Shown here: one piece after another, positions 40,101-49,083 of the stretch | How the letters are laid out: each line of letters begins with the position of its first letter | Position numbering within the stretch: the stretch's first letter is position 1 | Virus record (IMG/VR): IMGVR_UViG_3300037047_000246 | DNA: 64,000 nucleotides | Strand: one strand, 5' to 3' | Source of the DNA: a virus | Lineage: Duplodnaviria; Caudoviricetes | Notes under the pieces: model-generated | What the model saw: only the letters and a program-made list of their open reading frames with translations | Databases searched by the model: none | Told to the model about the DNA's origin: nothing | Program-made: the position numbers and the translations under genes

Positions 40101-42665
40101 CAAATACTTCGGCACAGACTCCAACCCGGAGCCAAGGATCTCCTGGTTTGGCGAAAACCCGCCAGACGCCGAGCTCGTGCCGTGGATGAAATCCGGCGGA
40201 TCTCCGGTGTCTATGTTGGGATCAGCGCAGGCGCCAGTGATGCGCATCTCAGACTCCTCAACTTCTGACTACGCAGCTTTCACAATGTCCAACAAGCTGG
40301 TGTCCGTGGGGACGCTCAGCCCGTCCTCTGAGTGGAAAGTGGACGTGCGTTTCAGCATAGACAGCTTCACCCCAGGAGACTCTGTTTTGGCGTCAGCGCC
40401 GTTTGCAGATCTTCGCTTTTGCGGTGCTCTATTGAACGTGGACGAAGGATACGGCGGCAAGAACGTGGAGCTGCATTGCGCGGTGGATGCCAATGACAAC
40501 CCGTACCTGAACCTCGTCACTTACATGGTCGGCACGGACTCTTTGGAGCCTGTGGCGCAGTATGCTTTCGCGTGGAACGATGGGGAGCAGCATAGCTACA
40601 ACATTTTCAAAAACAAGGTCGCTGACCAACTGTTCGTGTACGCTGACGGCACACTGTTGGTGCCAGCTGTAGGCTCGCCGACGTACGCCGCTCTCGGAGA
40701 TGCAACAGGCAGCATACCTTCCATGTCTTTCGGATCTGGCGCGGAGTCTGTCACCAACTCAGACATGCGCACCGCTGTGTCTGTTGTTGATTGGTCCTCT
40801 GTGTGCGCATTCAAAGACAGCAAGCTCAACGACCCCGAGGCGCCGTCTCGCCGCTACGTCGGAATTTACAAAGGTGGAAACCCGTCGGCCATGAGCTCGT
40901 GGGCTCTGACCGGCGTAGACTGGTCGTCCCCTCACACGTACCGGATTGTCAGGGACCCGATAGGTCCAGTGGCGCTGTATATCGACGGTGAAGATACGCC
41001 GTCGATTTCAATGAGCTACAGCCCTACGTCTCTGCCGCCAAGCTTGGCCAGTTTCATGCGCGGCATAACCAACAACAGGCCAGTCATAGCATGGGGCGCT
41101 CTTGACTCATTGGAAATCAGTCGTGGCAGATGGACGAATTTGCGTTACTCTCTCGGCCGACACTCTTTGACCGATAGGCTTGTGCCTCCAAGGCATGTGC
41201 TGAACCAAGCCAACCTGATGGCTTCTCCTGAACATCTTCGCACCCCAGAACAGCACAACCACTGGGGTTATTCTGTGTACTCAGGCGGCACGCCAGACGA
41301 CAGCTTCATGGCGGCTTCGGCCGTGCAGGCGTTCACTGTGCTGGGTGAAGGAGTGCCGCCAGTTCCGAAGACCCAGGATCTGGAGTCTAGAGGCGGTCTA
41401 GTTAAAGTTGCGACGCCGGCGTCGTCCGTGTCTGCGGCTGACTTCATGAACTACCGAGGGTACCTCGGGAACTACGAAGACGATTCTGCAAACGCAGTCG
41501 GCGCAGCGCCGGCCCGATCTTTTGCGGAGACGCTTGCGCAAGTGGTTTCAGCGGCAAACGCGCTGTGTGCAGCGTACGAGGGACACAGAGTGCGCCACGA
41601 CGTGTCGGCCAACGTGCACGTGGCAGACGACGCGGTGAATGTCATCGCTTCCCCGCTTGCGCTGGATCTGGCAACTGCGGTGGCCAGGTTGTCAGAGTTC
41701 AAGACAGTTTTCAACAGCCACATTTCTGACGCAACATGTCACGACACCATAGATGCGGACAACCTGCTCACTGAGGCTTTGCCGTTCGATCTGGATTCGT
41801 GCGTGGCTTTGGCGAACGAGGCGTTGGTCAAGTACAGCGCCCATTTGGCTTCTGGATGCTTCCACTTCGTGCCGGATGTTTTTCCTCACTTCGACACCAG
41901 TCAGGAAACCACGGCCGATGCCACCGACGCGACTTCATGCAGAACTTTGCTGACTGGTTTGCGAGACAAATTCGTGGCTCACGCGGCGTCGAGCTTTTGG
42001 CACGCCAAAAAAGCTCAGTACTCCGTGACTTTGAATCACTCGTCGATAATCCCGCTCGCCAACCAGCTGATGGCGCTGCTCAGTCAACATAGGGTGGCGC
42101 CAGGAGTTCATCAGTTCGACGATAAGGCCCATTTGGCGGCGTTCGCCAGGGCCGTTGACTTGGGCAGCTGCATAGCTTTGGCGAACGCCGCCAAGGCAGC
42201 GTACAACGACCACGTATGGAACGCTGCGGCTGTGGGCAGGGAGCCTGGCCACAGAGTCCATCTGATCTTGGCAAGGGTGGGCGGCGCTCTTGCGGACGCA
42301 GTGTCGACGAACCCAATAGAGCACCAACTTGCAGCAGCGCTTCATTTGGCGCAAGACATCAAAGCAAAATTCAATTGCCACGTGTCCCGCGACGTGTCCC
42401 ACGTGGAGACAGACAGCGCCAACTTGGTGCAATTGTCAGCTGACGGGCTGGCGTCCCTCGTGTCTCTGGCTAACGCGCTGAAAGCATCTTTCAACCGACA
42501 CAGGACAACAGAAGTCAGAACTTGCAAAGTGCATATTCAAGACGACGTAGCGAACGTCGTCACTGCCTCCGACGCGACTGACCTGGACTCCGCATGCGCG
42601 CTGCTGAACCAGCTAGCAAGCAGCTACGATGCCCACAGGACGTACTCAGGAGTGCACGGATCCGC
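35590..42665 (+). repeat. protein-level ~40-aa repeat A.DL.S...LAN.(L/M)K..(Y/F)N.H....VH...D..N, 21 copies in two genes
   Basis: Clusters at about 35590-35950 (3), 36320-36655 (3), 37490-37890 (3), 38716-39105 (3) and 41500-42665 (9), counted by eye. Confidence 0.8.
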
Positions 42666-43557
42666 TGCTTTCATCAGGTTGGAGCCTCCTCCGCGCGTGT
42701 TGTATGAAAGCATGCGGTTCTGGCAATCCAGCACCGGCACTGCGGGGCTTGTGCATCCATTTTCGGACGACGAAACCTGGCATGTGGATGCTGTGAATAG
42801 TCAGTCCAACAAATCCGTCACGTACGACGGCACAAACCTGCCTGAGCAAGCGATTGTCGTGTCTGTTGGCTCAAGGCCGAGCGCTTTGATAGATGGCGAC
42901 ACGCTCGTGCTAGAAGTGGACAAGCAGCCGCCAGTTACTGTCGTGTTCGAAAGGCCAGACGCTTCCCTCAACGGCGTCGTAGATAAGATAAACACTGTTG
43001 TGCCGAGGCTGGCTTCGGTGCAAAATGCGGAAATCAGATTGTCTAGCCCTGCGCCTGGCTCGTCTTCGTCCGTGTTTGTGAACGGCGGCTCGGCAAGAAG
43101 AAAGCTGGGCTTTGAGGTGCCGCAGTCTTCGCCTTGGTTCGTCGCGTCCGAAAACCCGTCCGATGTCACAATAGAAATGATCCCGGCAGAAGGGTGCCTC
43201 AGATACGGCGTCAGTGGGCAGTCCTCCACCATCTATTCGAACAGAGTAGGATATCCGGCGATGCCTTCGTCCGGAATGTGCCTCAGCGCAAGGCTTCGCA
43301 TAAACTCCCCCGGCTCGTCCATAGACGGAGATTCTGGAATTTACGTGGGCGTGTCGTGCGCAGCGGGAGACCCGGGATTCGTAATGGCCATCGGATGGGG
43401 CGGCGAGTCTGCAGAGTCAAGATATATCAAACTACATGATGCAGTGTCTGGGCGAACTCTGGACAGAATTCCGATGGACTGGCTTGATGGACAGTTCCAC
43501 ACGTACAGTCTGACTTATGATGAAGCGGCTGGAACTGTGCAGCTAGCAGTGGTGTGA
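37207..43557 (+). CDS. giant virion protein with lectin-like beta-sandwich domains and 15 His-His-Asp repeats (2116 aa)
   Basis: GAGGAG SD; repeated (W/Y)xG..P....PW starts and DW...H(T/S)Y.(L/I) ends; three repeat clusters. Confidence 0.7.
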   Translation: MASISLSGINSVADRILFTRRAPIVKAPLPLLTGTDLVIVSPTTVRIATASFTSGDIGKLVRVVGSHGGRNDGTFAIGEVPNSVTAVLRDANFDTADYQSTLSMVVALANSLKTAYNHHLSNVDARVEFPSLTHANNDAMNAASAVAADDLPTAVALLNDVKACFAAHAANSGGDFHLRPDVWNDVTCAQANDLSSALVLANQLRQKYEAHRLERRSHHLGDIANKVSSDVAVVVRQTAPGTLVGPFVWTILDPMLGMVADSPQDVVVRINGSVVDAEAVFGMFGAVVLPSKPSSGDTVNIDYRYLNNPPARFQRLNSPEFVLNQDKNNGIMGLPSHRYRARSYLVDPGHTPDLISAVSPLRVGWKYKAFERRYSASSNDPSKLLLNSPINKLKYPVFNTVIRETTLSWDANVLPQNATDPWTLQGLGLVQLSNNLLTLVDDDLQSTASSKPPFFTHASDIVVDSVVSAAFRASVSEYLPDGVFTGVGFGLSDGYSVALVGFVKTDATNLSSAIVMANSLKSNFNAHLVHPTVHNPNDPADSTYLVDAKDLQSLVILLNALKLKHNLHLAKADPSLSTAGVHKAVDSAHMVAAADADDLASAVSLANAMRTAFNAHLTSPGVHFVNDAFHAVEQVRQVGVLTNSGPHEFQESWEAGAADWTSLKTYRLSRDAAGNVQLHMSGDVLPLVTVTKNRLPAISDFEGKFDPVQQVFFGSISREATSRSHWSLVRANITPLDSNLLEDNKTVWLDGSVTPELDTLNPWITLGHGGVERAVAGSWIQVESTSSANVAELVTMGASSGAFRGYMRFEPMLSPNTSSVVEFTASIEYHTFSVGNRSHGLYMDDGQQSVHFAFLYHNPTPASVTGSVAEPFVILPTDKLVIGFDGAPQRVVSFEPPVTVPPTPPPTTAAQVCGVINAAVGFSLASPTSLGHVRLTYGSGVSSYMTITGGSSAFNAAARLGIQAGKYFGTDSNPEPRISWFGENPPDAELVPWMKSGGSPVSMLGSAQAPVMRISDSSTSDYAAFTMSNKLVSVGTLSPSSEWKVDVRFSIDSFTPGDSVLASAPFADLRFCGALLNVDEGYGGKNVELHCAVDANDNPYLNLVTYMVGTDSLEPVAQYAFAWNDGEQHSYNIFKNKVADQLFVYADGTLLVPAVGSPTYAALGDATGSIPSMSFGSGAESVTNSDMRTAVSVVDWSSVCAFKDSKLNDPEAPSRRYVGIYKGGNPSAMSSWALTGVDWSSPHTYRIVRDPIGPVALYIDGEDTPSISMSYSPTSLPPSLASFMRGITNNRPVIAWGALDSLEISRGRWTNLRYSLGRHSLTDRLVPPRHVLNQANLMASPEHLRTPEQHNHWGYSVYSGGTPDDSFMAASAVQAFTVLGEGVPPVPKTQDLESRGGLVKVATPASSVSAADFMNYRGYLGNYEDDSANAVGAAPARSFAETLAQVVSAANALCAAYEGHRVRHDVSANVHVADDAVNVIASPLALDLATAVARLSEFKTVFNSHISDATCHDTIDADNLLTEALPFDLDSCVALANEALVKYSAHLASGCFHFVPDVFPHFDTSQETTADATDATSCRTLLTGLRDKFVAHAASSFWHAKKAQYSVTLNHSSIIPLANQLMALLSQHRVAPGVHQFDDKAHLAAFARAVDLGSCIALANAAKAAYNDHVWNAAAVGREPGHRVHLILARVGGALADAVSTNPIEHQLAAALHLAQDIKAKFNCHVSRDVSHVETDSANLVQLSADGLASLVSLANALKASFNRHRTTEVRTCKVHIQDDVANVVTASDATDLDSACALLNQLASSYDAHRTYSGVHGSAAFIRLEPPPRVLYESMRFWQSSTGTAGLVHPFSDDETWHVDAVNSQSNKSVTYDGTNLPEQAIVVSVGSRPSALIDGDTLVLEVDKQPPVTVVFERPDASLNGVVDKINTVVPRLASVQNAEIRLSSPAPGSSSSVFVNGGSARRKLGFEVPQSSPWFVASENPSDVTIEMIPAEGCLRYGVSGQSSTIYSNRVGYPAMPSSGMCLSARLRINSPGSSIDGDSGIYVGVSCAAGDPGFVMAIGWGGESAESRYIKLHDAVSGRTLDRIPMDWLDGQFHTYSLTYDEAAGTVQLAVV

Positions 43558-43559
43558 CA

Positions 43560-44084
43560 ATGGCGTCTATCCTAGACACGATTGACGGAATTTTTGCGAA
43601 CCTATTTCCTGGATTCGGCACAGGCGGACGCCGCCGCGGCAAAGCTGTGTCGACGGATTCGTTCGCCAGAATGCCAGATCCGCAAGACGGTTCGCCGAAG
43701 CCCCCACCTAGCCCATTCACAACCACGGGCTATGTTTTCTTTTCACCTGCTCTGCACCCGAACAATGGGGCTCAGATCGATGTGGCTGCCGTGTCAGCTG
43801 CCGCCAGGGCTTCAGATTCGTACAGCAGCTCTGGCGACCGCCAGCCTATGCTGCGCCCGTTCATCCTAGGCCCGGCTCCGGCGGCGCCGTCCGGACGGGC
43901 CTGGCCACCAGATTTTTCCGCTTCGTATAAACCCGCGTTGAACAACGCTCAGTATGGTCTCATAAGCAACAAAGACCCGTCTTCACGGTATCGCGGTGGC
44001 GAAGTCAAATATGGGATGCCCGGAGTAGTCTATGGCGAACTTGAAGACACCACAACGCACGAAGTCACAGTCGTGCTTGTGTAG
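43560..44084 (+). CDS. hypothetical protein (174 aa, Pro-rich)
   Basis: Fills the gap; starts at or just after the upstream stop (GTG 43554 / ATG 43560). Confidence 0.65.
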   Translation: MASILDTIDGIFANLFPGFGTGGRRRGKAVSTDSFARMPDPQDGSPKPPPSPFTTTGYVFFSPALHPNNGAQIDVAAVSAAARASDSYSSSGDRQPMLRPFILGPAPAAPSGRAWPPDFSASYKPALNNAQYGLISNKDPSSRYRGGEVKYGMPGVVYGELEDTTTHEVTVVLV

Positions 44085-44092
44085 GAGCCGCT

Positions 44093-44761
44093 ATGCCTAA
44101 GATCAGAGAGTTTTTTAAGCGAGCCACAGATCGAGCGCTAAGCTACGCTTTGGCGAATGTCTCCGCGGACGCGTACTCGCGCCCCAGGATGCAGGGGGAA
44201 GTGTTCTGGGTGCTTCGGGACTCGAAAACCGGCCAGGAGACGCGAGGCCACCATAAAAACGTCGTGACAGCGGACGCAAGTATACTGCTGGCTACGTTCA
44301 TGAAGGGCACCGGTGCTCCTCTGGCAAATCAATGCATCCCCAACTTTGGGGTGTACGCTTTGGCCGTCGGAACCGGAGATATCGCCTGGAATCCCATGAA
44401 CCCTCCGCCGGCCAATCCGTCTCAACGGTCTCTTTACAATGAGCTTGGTCGCAAGGCTATTGCAGCTACCAATTTTATCAATTCCGACGGGGATCTGTCT
44501 GGCATACGCACCAACGTAGTGGACTTCACTACGACGTTCACCGAGTCCGAAGCTGTTGGTGCCCTCACTGAGATGGGTTTGATCGGAGGCGACGTGGACA
44601 CGAACATGTCGCTCAGGAATCCCATTCTGCCCCCAAACGGCCCGTACGACGCCTCTGTTGACACCTCCGGCAAGGACATTCTTGTCAACTACGTGACTTT
44701 CCCCGTGATAAACAAGCCCCCGACGAGCTCGCTGACATGGTCGTGGCGTTTGACTTGGTGA
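44093..44761 (+). CDS. tail-collar / fibre-attachment protein (222 aa)
   Basis: KNVVT...LAVGTG...LYNELGRK...FTTTF.ESEAVGALTEMGL.GG...NY.TFPVINK pattern of tail-collar fibre proteins; AGGAG SD. Confidence 0.6.
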   Translation: MPKIREFFKRATDRALSYALANVSADAYSRPRMQGEVFWVLRDSKTGQETRGHHKNVVTADASILLATFMKGTGAPLANQCIPNFGVYALAVGTGDIAWNPMNPPPANPSQRSLYNELGRKAIAATNFINSDGDLSGIRTNVVDFTTTFTESEAVGALTEMGLIGGDVDTNMSLRNPILPPNGPYDASVDTSGKDILVNYVTFPVINKPPTSSLTWSWRLTW

Positions 44762-44775
44762 CCTGATTAGCAGGT

Positions 44776-45213
44776 CTACAAGTCCATATTCATGATCTTG
44801 CGGCAGTCCAAATCCTTGAACCACGCAAGCCACAGCCTTCCGGCTCGATCATCTGGTATGGGCTCGCGGCGGGCGATCTCCCAGTCGCCATATTCCACGT
44901 CGTGCTCGCCCCAATAGTCCCATGAGTAGGTGGGCTGCTCGACTCTGGCCCAAAACTCCTGACCTGGAGCGATGCCATTGCGCAACATCCACTCCCACCA
45001 TTCGGTCCCGTCGCTGTCGCCGATGAGGACCTGCAGGCCGCCCCACTCCATTTCGTAGTCTAACCATTCGGCGTGGTCTGGCCACGAGTCGAGCATGGCC
45101 GGAGCATCTCCCAGGCCTCCGTCGAACACGACCTTGAGCCAGACGCATGGCGGATTGCATGGTTCGCCCTCTCCTGGAGACTTCGCTGTTGCAGGCTTCA
45201 ACTCAATCTTCAT
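44776..45213 (-). CDS. Trp-rich acidic hypothetical protein (145 aa)
   Basis: Co-oriented with and just downstream of ndk; 13 Trp residues. Confidence 0.7.
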   Translation of the reverse strand: MKIELKPATAKSPGEGEPCNPPCVWLKVVFDGGLGDAPAMLDSWPDHAEWLDYEMEWGGLQVLIGDSDGTEWWEWMLRNGIAPGQEFWARVEQPTYSWDYWGEHDVEYGDWEIARREPIPDDRAGRLWLAWFKDLDCRKIMNMDL

Positions 45214-45235
45214 GTCGATTGCCTACCGGATGCGC

Positions 45236-45658
45236 TCACTGCTCTTTGCGTTCAGCCACCCAACTTCTGAACATGGCAATTTCTCTGGCTGCAGACTCTG
45301 GCGAATCAGACCCATGCACCGCGTTGTTTGGCTGACCCATTCCGCACATGTGCCTTACTGTGCCTGGTTCAGCTTTTTGCGGATTGGTGTTTCCGATTGC
45401 CCGCCTCCACCATTGCACTACGTCGTCTCCCTCCAGCACCATGCAAACTACAGGTCCTGATAGAGTGAAATCGACAAGCGGCCAGAAGAACGGTTTGCCG
45501 TCATGCTCCGCGTAGAACTGCCGCACCTGTGGCTCAGTCAGCCGGATCATTCGCATTTCAACTAGTTTGATCGTGACGGCTTTTTCTACGAAGGCCAAAA
45601 TACTGCCGACCATCTTCATTCTGACTGCATCCGGCTTGATCATGGCAAACGTCTGCAT
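45236..45658 (-). CDS. ndk: nucleoside diphosphate kinase
   Basis: TFAMIKPDA, FYAEH.GKPFF..L..F..SGPVV.MVLEG, G.TNP..A.PGT.R, NAVHGSDS with the catalytic His; AGGAGA SD. Confidence 0.97.
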   Translation of the reverse strand: MQTFAMIKPDAVRMKMVGSILAFVEKAVTIKLVEMRMIRLTEPQVRQFYAEHDGKPFFWPLVDFTLSGPVVCMVLEGDDVVQWWRRAIGNTNPQKAEPGTVRHMCGMGQPNNAVHGSDSPESAAREIAMFRSWVAERKEQ

Positions 45659-45736
45659 TGGCTAATCTCCTGTTGAAAGTTACAGCGACGGTACAGTTTG
45701 TATACCCTCCAACCTCTTATGGAAGCAGCTTGAGAA

Positions 45737-48304
45737 ATGGCATACAAGCAGCTTGGCCCAGGCGTTAGTCAAAATCCCCAAGCCGTCGCACCGGCGGGAG
45801 GTTCGTACACAGCTGAAGACCACTCCTGGGAAAGCGTAGTATTCCAGTTCAACCAGCCAGTACTCGACTGGGAACTGAATTTACACGGCGAACTGTGCGG
45901 CCCTCAAGGCTTGGGTCAGCATGTGCGTCGAACAATGCCGTCAGGCTTCCTGAGTGGCGATTTTTACGAGACTGGCGGCGGCAACGAGCGGACAGTTCTG
46001 CCCAACGATTTTGGCTTCTTGGAAGCCGTTGCCGGTAATGAGAACGCGTTTTTGATCGCTGCGTCAGATTTGGTTGTCAACGGATGGCAGATCAGGTTCG
46101 AGTACTCCGACACAGCTTCCGACGGTCAAAACCTCATATACCTTGAAGTCCCTCCTGTCGTCGGCACAAGGGCGGACGCAATCATATTGGAAGTATGGCG
46201 CGCTCTGGTGACTGCTGACGACGCCAGCGGCAAGAGCCCGTCTGGCCAAATTTTCAGGCACGGAAACGCCAAAGCCCCGGACGCCATCGGCAATCAGAAT
46301 CTGGCGGACGATTTGATCGACCCGACGTACGCCAGGCCAACGCAAGCCAGGGTGCAAATCCAGTACAGGTACAGGGTGGTCACAGACTGGGACTTCGGGA
46401 CGCATCCGGAGCTGCCGGACGCGGTGGAAGCCAACTGCGCCGCTTACGCTTCAGGCAGCTCGGCAGACGGAGTGGGGACGGGGCTCCTGTACGGACGAGT
46501 GGCAAGCGATCCCGGACTGTGGAGAGTAGGCTCGGGCGACGCCGCATCTGCCGCCGCTTTGGGCACCGTAGACGGCTACATGTACGCCGTGCCTGTTTGC
46601 GCTGTGTTCAGGCGGAACTCCGGCGCGTTCGACAAAGACATCAACATCAACGGCGGAGCAGCGCTGGCCGCTGGCACGCCCGACAGGCCTGACGGCCAGT
46701 TCGTGGACCACGTCCACGCGGGAGACGTGCTGGACCTCCGCAAGGCTGCAGCTACGGACTTGCAGGAGGCGCTGACCAGGAACTTCAGCCATCTCATGCG
46801 GGACGAGCTTGTCACCAATGCGGAGGTGACGGCTGACGACTGCGCAGGCACGGCAGTGTTCATGCGGGACCGGCTGGTTTCTCCTGGTGCTGGAGTGCCT
46901 GACGGCGTCAGGTACGATTTCAGCGACAGGGCGACTCTGGAGACTGTTGTGGCTGCAGTCACCCTGGCAGACACTGGAGGGGCCGCTCACACTCAAGCAG
47001 ACTTTGAACTGAGTGTGCTGTCTACGACTTGGGGCGTTGTGGATCTGACGGCAGTCGCACCTGCAGGCACCGAAATTGTGGGGGTAAAGAAGTTATGGAC
47101 GGTTTTTCCTGACGGCACAGCAGACCCGCGCATTGCGAACCAATGGTGCATGGTCTCCAATATCGTCATAACTGGCTCCAGACTCACTCTGCTTTTGGCA
47201 GACAGCACTGGCGGCCAGGAGATCACGTTCTTCGCGGAGCTCGAAATCAAGTATCCAGCCGGAAGCGGCGCTTTGAGTCGTGTTCCGCTTGAAGTGTACT
47301 CCGTGTGGGCCCCTGTTGACCTGGCCGTTTGGGCGGACCCCAGCACCGTGTCTGCTTTGCCTGACGCGAGCCGAGTGCAACTCGACAGATTTTGGTCAGT
47401 CAGCGCTCCGAACCGGGGGCTGCGCATGGCCGTGATGGGCATGTCGGAGTCAGGCACGTTTGCAGCTACGACAGACGGCACCGAGGTTTGGCTGCCGCAG
47501 AAGCTGAACGGAGCCGACGTCGTTGTGGACGACGGGGTCAACCCGGTTTATTTGACCAGCAACTACACGCAAAACACTGTGGCGACTGTGGTCACACTGA
47601 GCCACCAAGTGGCTGGAGGGTCTGGCGTGCGCGTGGAGTATGTGCCGATAAGGCCGGCTCCGCTTGTCGTGGGAGACTCCTACGAGGTGTTCTACAGAGC
47701 TCGCGCTCTGCAGTCTGTGGGCGTGCCGGCAGGCGTCCGGCATATGCGCCTTCAGCTGCGCGCCGCGCCGGCACATCTCACTGTTGTCACTGCCGGCACG
47801 GCCAGCCCGGACGACATGCTTGTCGGCGCAGCGTCTACCGGGTTTTTCCAAATCCCGCTAGGCACCCGAGACTCGGACAGCGTCATGCAGGCTTCAGTCA
47901 GCCCGAAGCTGTCGTCAGCCAGGCCTATGCCGACAGGATTCGCCAGCCTGCCAGTGTCGTACTCGACCATGCTGCAAAACCAGGTCGTGGTGCAAAATAA
48001 TGACGAGGTCACGCACGATGCAGACGGCCGCAGTTTTTGGCCGAGAGTGAGCAACGCGGTCTTTGCTGCAGCAGCGCCTCAACTGGCGTGCGACTCCATC
48101 CACAAAACATTGCATCCGGTGCTGATGGAAGTCGTAGATACGAATACTGACTCCATCAGACCAGGCACCCTTGTGCTGGCAGTGTTCACTGAAGTTGGAA
48201 GCACTTTGCAACCCTCGGTAACTGTCAACACTTTCCCGAGCGCTGGGTGTGTAGCCATTTACAGATTGCGCGGCAATCTGATGCACGCCAGGAGAGCCAC
48301 ATGA
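45737..48304 (+). CDS. baseplate/tail-fibre-associated protein, paralogue 1 (855 aa)
   Basis: N-terminal ~340 aa clearly homologous to 49084-53757 (LGPGVS, VVFQ, ELNL, VNGW, LEVW, RVQIQYR, DPGLWR, DGY.YAVP.CAVFRRNS, RPDG.F.D....DVLDLR). Confidence 0.7.
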   Translation: MAYKQLGPGVSQNPQAVAPAGGSYTAEDHSWESVVFQFNQPVLDWELNLHGELCGPQGLGQHVRRTMPSGFLSGDFYETGGGNERTVLPNDFGFLEAVAGNENAFLIAASDLVVNGWQIRFEYSDTASDGQNLIYLEVPPVVGTRADAIILEVWRALVTADDASGKSPSGQIFRHGNAKAPDAIGNQNLADDLIDPTYARPTQARVQIQYRYRVVTDWDFGTHPELPDAVEANCAAYASGSSADGVGTGLLYGRVASDPGLWRVGSGDAASAAALGTVDGYMYAVPVCAVFRRNSGAFDKDININGGAALAAGTPDRPDGQFVDHVHAGDVLDLRKAAATDLQEALTRNFSHLMRDELVTNAEVTADDCAGTAVFMRDRLVSPGAGVPDGVRYDFSDRATLETVVAAVTLADTGGAAHTQADFELSVLSTTWGVVDLTAVAPAGTEIVGVKKLWTVFPDGTADPRIANQWCMVSNIVITGSRLTLLLADSTGGQEITFFAELEIKYPAGSGALSRVPLEVYSVWAPVDLAVWADPSTVSALPDASRVQLDRFWSVSAPNRGLRMAVMGMSESGTFAATTDGTEVWLPQKLNGADVVVDDGVNPVYLTSNYTQNTVATVVTLSHQVAGGSGVRVEYVPIRPAPLVVGDSYEVFYRARALQSVGVPAGVRHMRLQLRAAPAHLTVVTAGTASPDDMLVGAASTGFFQIPLGTRDSDSVMQASVSPKLSSARPMPTGFASLPVSYSTMLQNQVVVQNNDEVTHDADGRSFWPRVSNAVFAAAAPQLACDSIHKTLHPVLMEVVDTNTDSIRPGTLVLAVFTEVGSTLQPSVTVNTFPSAGCVAIYRLRGNLMHARRAT

Positions 48305-48990
48305 AGCTGATATGTAGCAAAAGCGACGGCACGCTGCTCGGGCGAGTTGCAGACAACCAGCTGAGGTTTGCTGTGCCGCCAGACGCATGCATCGTGGGAT
48401 CCCCGGAGGACTTGTCGGAAGAAGATCTTCCGAACGGCTCCAGTCTAGCCCAAATAATTTCGGCCAAAAACAACGCTTTCCAAGCGTCGCACCCGAATTT
48501 CGCAAACTCGCTCCAGTTCAACCTGGAGTTTGTCTCGCCCAGTTGCGACGTTGCCAACTCGTCTCGCGTCACTATCGGACCCGGCAAGGGCACCTGCATG
48601 GCGGCGGGTCTCGGGTCTGTATGGACAAGCGACACCATCTTGTGCGGTCCAGTAAACGCGTACTTGTGCCCGCGCATCAGTTTTTTCCTTCTGGGCAGCC
48701 AGCAGGCGGGGTCCAACCTCAGATACTACAACTACGACGAGGTGTCTGGAGGGTTCATTGATCCGAGTTCTGTGGTGGAACTATCCTTGGCCTTGGTCAA
48801 CGCTGCCAACCCCGGCGTTGTCTTGACCTCTTTCGCTTCAGACCAAGAGCTGGAAACACCAGTGCTCATGGGCGACTTCAAAGTACAGGTCACGGCCTTG
48901 GCGCTGGACCCGCTTGCTTACCGCAACATGCGTCTGTTTATTTCTGATTTTTCTTTGCTAGTCAAGCAAGTGCCGCTGCCTCCTCACTGA
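48301..48990 (+). CDS. hypothetical virion-module protein (229 aa)
   Basis: ATGA overlap with the upstream gene; beta-rich. Confidence 0.7.
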   Translation: MKLICSKSDGTLLGRVADNQLRFAVPPDACIVGSPEDLSEEDLPNGSSLAQIISAKNNAFQASHPNFANSLQFNLEFVSPSCDVANSSRVTIGPGKGTCMAAGLGSVWTSDTILCGPVNAYLCPRISFFLLGSQQAGSNLRYYNYDEVSGGFIDPSSVVELSLALVNAANPGVVLTSFASDQELETPVLMGDFKVQVTALALDPLAYRNMRLFISDFSLLVKQVPLPPH

Positions 48991-49083
48991 AGTCCTGTTA
49001 GGCTGATCAGTATGGTTGACATCTAGGCCACTTATGTGACCTTTAGATGGTTGCAAGTCTGACTACGACGGAGCTGTGCGAAA

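Noticed and set aside
44760-44776. 6-bp hairpin GACCTG-ATTAG-CAGGTC between convergent stops
   Set aside because: Short stem and no U-tract on either strand; too weak to call a terminator.
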